From Squalus acanthias (lineage: Eukaryota), in NCBI GenBank assembly GCA_030390025.1, contig CM059432.1:28584001-28648000 (forward strand): a stretch of DNA of 64,000 nucleotides, written 5' to 3'. The stretch's first letter is position 1. Each line of letters begins with the position of its first letter. The notes beneath the pieces were generated by a model. That model saw only the letters and a list, made by a program, of their open reading frames with translations, did no database searches and had not been told where the DNA came from. Of this stretch, positions 60,701 to 64,000 are shown piece after piece. Made by a program: the position numbers and the translations under genes.

Positions 60701-63003
60701 GGGACTGGCTTTGCTGCTGCTGAGAGCTCCATTAAGGCCCTTCCAAAGATTGATGCTGGTAACCAGATACCCAATTCTGTGGCATCTTCCTAGACTGGGA
60801 GGCAGTGGAAATGAACCGCAGTCTGTGCTTCGTGGGTCCGCTGAGTTAGCAACATCCTCAGCCTCCTGTTAAACCTGACACCCAATGCTCCAGTCTATTC
60901 TGTCACTACTACAGGTGGATGGCTCCAGCCTATATTGATTTTGACATCTGGTAAGACATTAAAGGAGATATCTATTTCTTTCTAAGCATTCAGGACATTG
61001 GCCGTGGTGTGTGTGTCAGAGTAAGTGATTAGAGACCACCACTCACTTCACTAAGAATATTCCTGCAACTGAAAAGACTGAACAACACACTGAGTTACCT
61101 TATGTGACTGTGATGAGGTGCCAAATGGAGGCAAAACTCTTTGGGCGAAAAATTGAGTCGCACCCCCTTTGGGGCGCTAACTTCGCCAGGGCGCTACTTT
61201 TAGCGCCCTCGCGACCAAAATTACATGGTAGCGCCCCGCCTCCCTCTTGGGGCGCTGTGAGGCAATATAGCGGCACTACGTGCCACGGTATTGCAGGCCT
61301 TCTTCCCCTTCTTAAAGGGGAGGGGCCTTGCGCAGCGGGACCTGGAGCCCAGCTGGGCCCCTGGGGATTGGGAGTGCCGGCAAAAGAGCCCGGCACTCAA
61401 GAGAAGTGCCGGGCTCATGGAGTGCAGCCGGCACTCCGCGGGGGGGGGGCGAGTAAGGAGGCCGGGGGCGGCAGCAGAGGCAGATGCTGGCAGGTGGCCA
61501 GCAACAAAAATGGCCGCCCGGCACCTCACCTTTATATAGCGCCGCCCCGGCCGCAGGTAGACCCCCCCCCCTGACCCCGTCGGACATAGCGTCCGGCAGT
61601 AAGTCAGGGGGCGTTACCAAAGATCGCGGCCGGGGCGCGAGCTGAATTTCACGGGAGGCATTGGCGGCGCCGCGCCTGGGCGCAAGTTGCTTTGCACCTA
61701 ACAGGAGGTGCAAAGCAACTGAATTTTTCCCCCTTTGTCACACAAGTAGTATTATTAATACTGAAAACTTGCTGGTAAAAATTACCCCATTTTACCTCTC
61801 CTGCTGATATAGTGGGTAGATGAATCGTGTGTTATGACACTGACCATGCAGACTAAGAGGTCCCAAGTTTAATAGCCGTATGCTGAGTTAGCTGATCTCA
61901 GACAAAGTAGCAGTCGGGTGTGCTACAATTGGCCTCAGCACCCCTGTGTCAAAGAGGAAGAGTCAGCCAGGGTGCCCGCTCCTGATCACTATCCAGTGAT
62001 CCACACTGGAAAGTGCGCGTGTGTGGATGTCAGAAGACGATAGACCACCCTCAGCTGATCTGTAGGCCGTAGCTACATACTCCCACACACCTGTAGCGTG
62101 TGTCATAGAAGCTAGGAGATTGAAATAGAAGCCAGCATCACCGTTTTCCCAATCACTCCAACAGATGTAGAGGGAGGTGGAGCCAAATTGATTTTTTTTA
62201 CAAATTACTGATTCCTATCTGGTCAATTTGGTTGGAAAGGGCACAGAAGGATTGAACTCAGATGTGATGTTTACAGGGCTTGACAAGGTAGATGCTGAGA
62301 GGCTATTTCCCCTGGCTGGATATTCTAGAACTAGGGGGCATAGTCTCAGGATAAGGGGTCGGCTATTTAGGACTGAGATGAGGAGAAATGTCTTCACTAA
62401 GAGAGTTGTGAGTCTTTGGAATTATCAACCCCAGAGGGCTGTGGATGCTCAGTTGTTGAGTATATTGAAGGCTGAGATCGATATATTTTTGGACTCTAGG
62501 GGAATCCAGGGATATGGAGATCGGGCGGGAAAGTGGAGTTGAGGTCGAAGATCAGCCATGATCTTATTGAATGGCGGAGCAGGCTCGAGGGGTTGTATGG
62601 CCTGCTCCTGCTATTATTTTTGTTTCTTCTGTTCCCCCTCCTCAAAAACCACTTCAAGCCCCTCTACATCATAAAAACAAGCTTTCTAGGCTCACACGAG
62701 AAGGATTACAGAGGGCCGACTGGCTTCTGTGGAACCATATCCCAGCTGGTGTCGGTGCCGTTAGGAGAGGAAGGAGGGCGGGGCAAGTTGCAAAACATAC
62801 AGCACTCCTTTGAAAACTAAAGCCAAAATAATCCAGAGATGATGGAAGTAAAAAAGAGTGAGAAAGATAGAAGAAAAAGGAAGGAAACCTGAAAGTCTAT
62901 GGCACCTCAGTAGGAAAGGGTCAAGTGTCAAATGTCGAGGATTACAGCAACTCACCTGTTTTCTTTGTTCCTGTCCATCAGGTTAAACTGCTTCCTGAGC
63001 CAC
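941..63003 (-). CDS. PLCG1: Phospholipase C gamma (PLCG1-like, 1-phosphatidylinositol 4,5-bisphosphate phosphodiesterase gamma), partial multi-exon gene; 19 coding exons in the window, 5' and 3' ends outside
   Basis: 19 GT-AG exons join with consistent phases into one frame (2119 nt). Diagnostic motifs: [35 protein letters not shown], two SH2 FLVR motifs, DYGALY...FYVEAN linker, SH3 ALYDY/GWWRG/FPANYV. Family is certain; strict PLCG1 orthology is not (see findings). Confidence 0.93.
1206..1738. repeat. 48-bp minisatellite, ~11 copies
   Basis: Unit cacttcctccccatcacagtcacaccatacagcg(g/a)cactgcaataggc; 16-aa periodicity in the ORF track. Confidence 0.95.
1868..1970. repeat. Degenerate (CA)n/(CATA)n microsatellite
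   Basis: Seen directly. Confidence 0.8.
2410..4060 (-). mobile_element. Non-LTR retrotransposon (second CR1-group family), 5'-truncated, disrupted RT
   Basis: ORFs 2955-3740 and 3688-4101 carry [26 protein letters not shown] and FADN motifs with frameshifts. Confidence 0.9.
4425..4900. repeat. ~23-bp pyrimidine-rich minisatellite
   Basis: Alternating units tctcacactcccagctctcagct and tctcacactcccagctc(t/g)ccgcc. Confidence 0.9.
5133..5236 (-). CDS. PLCG1: PLC-gamma exon (~exon 21), [37 protein letters not shown]3
   Basis: 104 nt, ttccag acceptor and gtgagt donor. Confidence 0.95.
5271..7450 (+). mobile_element. CR1 LINE, ~2.2 kb, 5'-truncated, disrupted ORF2/RT
   Basis: [41 protein letters not shown] and LVRPHLEYC motifs; 3' tail cctatttcttatgttctta. 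Confidence 0.95.
8033..8110 (-). CDS. PLCG1: PLC-gamma exon (~exon 20), [26 protein letters not shown], regulatory-tyrosine linker
   Basis: 78 nt, ttccag acceptor and gtaagt donor; tyrosines equivalent to PLCG1 Y771/Y775/Y783 retained. Confidence 0.95.
8420..8882 (-). mobile_element. tRNA-head SINE with Deu-like core and L2-type tail (SacSINE1/AmnSINE1-like)
   Basis: Pol III A box TGGCTCACTGG and B box GGTTCAAGTCC; core resembles the recalled Deu domain; about 9 related copies in the window. Confidence 0.8.
9236..10037. repeat. ~800-bp compound (GT)n/GTGGA microsatellite
   Basis: Seen directly. Confidence 0.98.
10266..10449 (-). CDS. PLCG1: PLC-gamma exon (~exon 19), [14 protein letters not shown]...[15 protein letters not shown], cSH2
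   Basis: 184 nt, ttccag acceptor and gtaagt donor. Confidence 0.96.
11205..11324 (-). CDS. PLCG1: PLC-gamma exon (~exon 18), [40 protein letters not shown], cSH2
   Basis: 120 nt, catcag acceptor and gtgagt donor. Confidence 0.96.
11450..11735 (+). mobile_element. 3' fragment of the second CR1-group LINE family
   Basis: Same tail as 43083-44105 (caagttcccctccaagtc...caccaccaccttctcaagggca). Confidence 0.8.
12084..12284 (-). CDS. PLCG1: PLC-gamma exon (~exon 17), [17 protein letters not shown]...[12 protein letters not shown], nSH2
   Basis: 201 nt, gcacag acceptor and gtgagt donor. Confidence 0.96.
13835..15524. mobile_element. Degenerate, internally deleted PIF/Harbinger DNA transposon (transposase N-terminus on +, Myb/SANT remnant on -)
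   Basis: + strand [20 protein letters not shown] and [15 protein letters not shown] (HARBI1-like); - strand [11 protein letters not shown] near 14910-14940; decayed TIRs. Confidence 0.7.
15576..15763 (-). CDS. PLCG1: PLC-gamma exon (~exon 16), [25 protein letters not shown]...[18 protein letters not shown], nSH2
   Basis: 188 nt, tandem CAGCAG acceptor (alternative end 15766), gtaggt donor. Confidence 0.94.
16563..16925 (+). mobile_element. LF-SINE-like element, diverged
   Basis: Collinear with the copy at 61815-62050; ends with gagttagcgccttcag. Confidence 0.55.
16941..17048 (-). CDS. PLCG1: PLC-gamma exon (~exon 15), [36 protein letters not shown]
   Basis: 108 nt, ttgcag acceptor and gtacac donor. 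Confidence 0.92.
17553..18221. mobile_element. GC-rich non-autonomous Harbinger-type element (family A)
   Basis: Imperfect TIRs gcgggaaaaatt / aattttgtcccc; 3-bp TSD CAT; homologous (inverted) to 39450-40222 and 61143-61733. Confidence 0.85.
18898..19017 (-). CDS. PLCG1: PLC-gamma exon (~exon 14), [40 protein letters not shown]
   Basis: 120 nt, uncommon AAG acceptor (tttaaag), gtaagt donor; start of split PH. Confidence 0.93.
20128..21590 (-). mobile_element. CR1 3' fragment interrupted by a MITE
   Basis: [10 protein letters not shown] and LEQRRLRGD motifs; sequence resumes after 21257. Confidence 0.85.
20698..21257. mobile_element. Harbinger-type MITE (family B)
   Basis: 12-bp TIR GGGCTGGATTTT; TSD tat/tct; homologous to 29110-29674 and 32385-33130. 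Confidence 0.88.
21600..23110 (-). mobile_element. Degenerate PIF/Harbinger transposase (HARBI1-like DDE) remnant
   Basis: Translated pieces [47 protein letters not shown] and TRVIIENT, with stops and frameshifts. Confidence 0.75.
23599..23767 (-). CDS. PLCG1: PLC-gamma exon (~exon 13), [11 protein letters not shown]...[14 protein letters not shown]
   Basis: 169 nt, ttgtag acceptor and gtaggt donor; end of X-box. Confidence 0.96.
23921..24285 (+). mobile_element. Deu-type tRNA SINE copy
   Basis: Same head and tail as 8420-8882, with an internal deletion. Confidence 0.75.
24770..26090 (-). mobile_element. Old L2-type LINE fragment interrupted by a CR1 3' end
   Basis: [12 protein letters not shown] and [11 protein letters not shown] motifs near 25925-26090. 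Confidence 0.65.
25337..25837 (+). mobile_element. CR1 3' end with two tandem 3' tails
   Basis: KGLDRVD...TRGHSLRI...FTQRVV; diverged tail at ~25610-25695 and canonical tail at ~25745-25837. Confidence 0.85.
26383..26503 (-). CDS. PLCG1: PLC-gamma exon (~exon 12), [41 protein letters not shown]
   Basis: 121 nt, ttgcag acceptor and gtaagt donor; contains the second catalytic His. Confidence 0.96.
27565..27650 (-). CDS. PLCG1: PLC-gamma exon (~exon 11), [28 protein letters not shown]
   Basis: 86 nt, ttccag acceptor and gtaagc donor; X-box peptide as in PLCG1. Confidence 0.96.
27706..28406. mobile_element. Probable non-autonomous DNA transposon, GC-rich, degenerate
   Basis: Weak Harbinger-like termini ggccccgatatt / aaaattccctcc. 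Confidence 0.4.
29110..29674. mobile_element. Harbinger-type MITE (family B), inverted relative to the other two copies
   Basis: TIR GGGCTGGATTTT; perfect TSD ATA. Confidence 0.9.
29790..30052 (+). mobile_element. LF-SINE-like element
   Basis: gaatagcctgccagcactcattatctaggctcacacatgaagaatg ... gttagtgccttcaggagagg. Confidence 0.6.
30119..30237 (-). CDS. PLCG1: PLC-gamma exon (~exon 10), [10 protein letters not shown]...[13 protein letters not shown], start of catalytic X-box
   Basis: 119 nt, ttttag acceptor, atypical GTTAAGT donor; contains the first catalytic His. Confidence 0.92.
31327..31428 (-). CDS. PLCG1: PLC-gamma exon (~exon 9), [34 protein letters not shown]
   Basis: 102 nt, ccttag acceptor and gtaggt donor; DPLREI motif. 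Confidence 0.9.
31870..32300 (+). mobile_element. L2 LINE 3' fragment
   Basis: FKSLHGL and [17 protein letters not shown] motifs; tail gcgctatataaat-like plus (gtt)n. Confidence 0.8.
32385..33130. mobile_element. Harbinger-type MITE (family B)
   Basis: TIR GGGCTGGATTTT; perfect TSD ATT. Confidence 0.9.
33803..34730. repeat. 154-bp inverted duplication (arms 33803-33956 and 34577-34730) flanking the 73-nt exon
   Basis: Manual alignment: ungapped, about 10 mismatches. Confidence 0.92.
34068..34140 (-). CDS. PLCG1: PLC-gamma exon (~exon 8), [24 protein letters not shown]
   Basis: 73 nt, cacag acceptor and gtaagc donor; ERPELC motif. Confidence 0.92.
34455..35460 (-). mobile_element. CR1 3' fragment carrying the inverted-duplication insert
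   Basis: [13 protein letters not shown] and KCEVIHFG motifs. Confidence 0.88.
35539..35961 (-). mobile_element. Deu-type tRNA SINE copy
   Basis: Homologous to 8420-8882. Confidence 0.8.
36140..36430 (-). mobile_element. LF-SINE-like element
   Basis: Reverse complement is collinear with the other LF-SINE-like copies. Confidence 0.5.
37299..37333 (-). CDS. PLCG1: PLC-gamma micro-exon (~exon 7), [12 protein letters not shown]
   Basis: 35 nt, tgcag acceptor and gtaag donor; its phase (0/2) is exactly what joins the flanking exons. Confidence 0.8.
37905..38780 (-). mobile_element. CR1 3' fragment, nested in a probable DNA element (~37809-39241)
   Basis: LVRPHLEYC and TRGHSLKI motifs; (ctatgttc)n tail. 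Confidence 0.88.
39450..40222. mobile_element. GC-rich Harbinger-type element (family A)
   Basis: TIRs ggggtaaaaattgag / ctgaatttttccccc; TSD TAT. Confidence 0.9.
40408..40488 (-). CDS. PLCG1: PLC-gamma exon (~exon 6), [27 protein letters not shown]
   Basis: 81 nt, phase 0/0, cag acceptor and gtgagt donor; EF-hand region. Confidence 0.88.
41116..41280. mobile_element. hAT-type MITE, 165 bp
   Basis: TIRs caatgtatcctttaa / ttaaagggaacattg; 8-bp TSD attggtac/attagtac. Confidence 0.85.
41300..42340 (-). mobile_element. 3' fragment of the second CR1-group LINE family, interrupted by the V-SINE
   Basis: [15 protein letters not shown] motif; same tail as 2410-4060. Confidence 0.85.
41344..41784 (-). 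mobile_element. V-domain tRNA SINE with CR1-derived tail (HE1-like)
   Basis: tRNA head with B box GGTTCGAATC; V-core gtgtggagtttgcacattctcccc...ggtgctccggtttcctcccaca; (ctatgttt)n tail; short internal duplication. Confidence 0.85.
43083..44105 (+). mobile_element. 3' part of the second CR1-group LINE family (RT C-terminal half)
   Basis: ORF 43083-43796 with [13 protein letters not shown] and FADD. Confidence 0.9.
45055..45096 (-). ncRNA. Minimal type I hammerhead ribozyme motif, sense to the PLC-gamma pre-mRNA
   Basis: UCAC-CUGAGGA-A-GGGGC-gaucgaua-GCUCC-GAAA-GC-UU-GUGA. Confidence 0.75.
45390..46350 (-). pseudogene. Truncated Penelope ORF (RT C-terminus plus GIY-YIG endonuclease)
   Basis: 293-aa open frame, continuing upstream as [23 protein letters not shown]; the RT catalytic core is absent. 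Confidence 0.88.
46820..46861 (+). ncRNA. Minimal type I hammerhead ribozyme motif, copy in the right Penelope arm
   Basis: Same motif on the + strand. Confidence 0.75.
47787..47871 (-). CDS. PLCG1: PLC-gamma exon (~exon 5), [28 protein letters not shown]
   Basis: 85 nt, ttccag acceptor and gtaagt donor; [13 protein letters not shown] as in PLCG1. Confidence 0.93.
47930..49270. repeat. ~24-bp purine-rich repeat (ggaatgagtgaaaggcagagggta) split by an L2 insertion
   Basis: Units at ~47930-48020 and ~49045-49270. Confidence 0.75.
48022..49040 (-). mobile_element. L2 LINE fragment
   Basis: [28 protein letters not shown] and TIGGRAFS motifs. Confidence 0.9.
49843..50309 (-). mobile_element. Deu-type tRNA SINE, near full length
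   Basis: Homologous to 8420-8882. Confidence 0.82.
50806..51842. mobile_element. GC-rich Harbinger-type element (family A relative) with an internal 48-bp tandem array
   Basis: Imperfect TIRs aggctcgaaatt / aatttctcctcc; TSD TGA. Confidence 0.75.
51255..51592. repeat. 48-bp tandem repeat, ~7 copies
   Basis: Unit ggcgatcag(a/g)ggatt(t/c)gttttctggcagagcttgcagtgatggccctc. Confidence 0.95.
51931..52378 (-). mobile_element. Deu-type tRNA SINE copy
   Basis: Homologous to 8420-8882. Confidence 0.82.
52430..53760 (-). mobile_element. Older CR1 internal fragment (RT)
   Basis: [20 protein letters not shown] and KFANDTK motifs. Confidence 0.85.
53790..54222 (-). mobile_element. Young CR1 3' end
   Basis: [12 protein letters not shown]...GYGERAG; (ctatgttt) tail. 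Confidence 0.9.
55344..55493. mobile_element. ~150-bp palindromic MITE
   Basis: ~42-bp inverted arms (ggtaattttg..tgtgcgatagtgtgaaatgggtgatagcga). Confidence 0.75.
55944..56836. mobile_element. Harbinger-type element (family A relative) inserted in a Deu-type SINE (55749-55943)
   Basis: TIRs ggggtaaaaattcag / ctgaatttctccccc; TSD CAG. Confidence 0.88.
56850..57470 (+). mobile_element. Deleted CR1 fragment
   Basis: [12 protein letters not shown] and LVRPQLEYC motifs. Confidence 0.8.
58857..59167 (+). mobile_element. Penelope-like 3' remnant (second family) with a hammerhead motif
   Basis: 14-bp TSD tactgtttatggga at 58843-58856 and 59168-59181; hammerhead core; no ORF, so the family call rests on the motif. 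Confidence 0.7.
59033..59069 (+). ncRNA. Minimal type I hammerhead ribozyme motif
   Basis: AGUU-CUGACGA-A-AGGU-cuuca-ACCU-GAAA-CG-UU-AACU. Confidence 0.75.
59581..59680. repeat. (GAAA/GGAA)n-(ATCA)n microsatellite
   Basis: Seen directly. Confidence 0.9.
61143..61733. mobile_element. GC-rich Harbinger-type element (family A)
   Basis: TIRs gggcgaaaaattgag / ctgaatttttccccc; TSD TTT. Confidence 0.88.
61815..62050 (+). mobile_element. LF-SINE-like element, best-preserved copy
   Basis: tgctgagttagctgatctcag...gctacaattggcctcagcacccctg...cagccagggtgcccgctcctgatcactatccagtga...ctggaaagtgc matches the recalled LF-SINE consensus. Confidence 0.7.
62270..62625 (+). mobile_element. CR1 3' end
   Basis: TRGHSLRI...[10 protein letters not shown] plus tail. 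Confidence 0.88.
62956..63003 (-). CDS. PLCG1: PLC-gamma exon (~exon 4), [15 protein letters not shown], first EF-hand
   Basis: 48 nt, cttacag|GTGG ... ACAG|gtgag; resembles PLCG1 WLRKQFYSVDRNRED. Confidence 0.9.
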
Positions 63004-63818
63004 CTGTAAGCAGAGAGCGGAGACAAAGTTAGTCACTCTCAAAGGAATAAGTGATACAGCAGTGTGGTCGCTGGGCTCAGTTAGTCGACTGCTACCAATA
63101 GACGGTGCAAAAGTCTACTTCCATCAAAACACATCTTGGGGCTGTAATTTCCTCTGGTGGTTAATATGTTCAGGTAAAGTTCCTCTGTATCAGTGGCCAC
63201 TTTTTTTTACATTAAGTGCTTAAACTTTCAACATTCATCATTAAAGAAGCGATCGCTCTATTGTTGGTTAAAACTGCCGGTCAGAAACTGGCGGCAATTG
63301 CAAAACCGGGCACGCTCCAACATGGCTCCCAATAGAACCTAATCTCCAATTGGTACAAACAGGAGGATCATGTATTACCTTTCTACCTGGAGAGGTGTGG
63401 GGGACTTCTGAGTGTCCTGCACCAGCCAGTTCAAACCGTTTATCCATACATTGACATCATCTTCACTGAATGCTGAAGAAAAAGAAAATCATTTCCGTTA
63501 TAAAAAATTATTGATAGATTTTTTTTAAATATAAACTCATTTTTGTGATTTGTGCTCATTAAAGGCAAAATTTTAGGGCAGGTGAATGGAACACTTTCCA
63601 CTTCAGGCACCAAATGTCAGCAGCTAGTATTCCCAGTCACACATAAAATAGGTTAAATGCAAAGGGAAGCTCTCTCTACTCCATCGCAATTATGTGTCCC
63701 AGCCCCTGCATGAGAAGAATTCCTACTGTACCAGTAGTATATTTCTCCATTTCCTATAGCAGCCATCTTGTATCAGAAATTGTCAATTTAGTGTATTACA
63801 TAAAGGATAACAGACAGT

Positions 63819-64000
63819 GGGGGAGAAATTCATTATAACCCCATCTGGGGCGCTAACTTTTAAAAGTTGAGAAAATTAGCGCCAGGAGCTAATGTTTCTA
63901 AACTTAAAAAAAATTCGGTTTTGTGCTCCAGGAAGGAAGTGGAACACTAAATCAAGTGTTCCACTTCCTTCCTGGAGTGCAATCGGCAGCAGGCAGGGCG
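63819..64000. mobile_element. Start of another family A Harbinger-type element, running off the window
   Basis: gggggagaaatt terminus followed by ggggcgctaact motifs. Confidence 0.6.

Overview
Vertebrate genomic DNA. The repeat content (CR1/L2 LINEs, Deu-domain SINEs, a V-domain SINE, Penelope and PIF/Harbinger elements) points to a cartilaginous fish, probably a shark; this is an inference. The whole window lies inside one large minus-strand gene for a phospholipase C gamma (PLCG1-like). I traced 19 consecutive GT-AG coding exons from 63003 down to 941: 2119 nt, one open frame of about 706 codons, equivalent to exons 4-22 of human PLCG1 by recalled structure. They encode the EF-hands, catalytic X-box, split PH, nSH2, cSH2, the regulatory-tyrosine linker and SH3; both gene ends lie outside the window. 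Its variable regions differ from canonical PLCG1 and PLCG2, so it may be a third vertebrate PLC-gamma paralogue. The introns are packed with transposons. The most unusual signals are: (1) a young Penelope insertion forming a ~556-bp near-perfect inverted repeat with minimal hammerhead-ribozyme motifs, one of them in pre-mRNA sense; (2) a second hammerhead-bearing Penelope remnant with a fold-back junction; (3) an atypical GTTAAGT donor next to the catalytic His codon; (4) a 154-bp local inverted duplication bracketing a frame-shifting exon; (5) two Harbinger-type MITE families with clear 3-bp TSDs; (6) many LF-SINE-like copies. All family assignments come from recalled motifs, not database searches.
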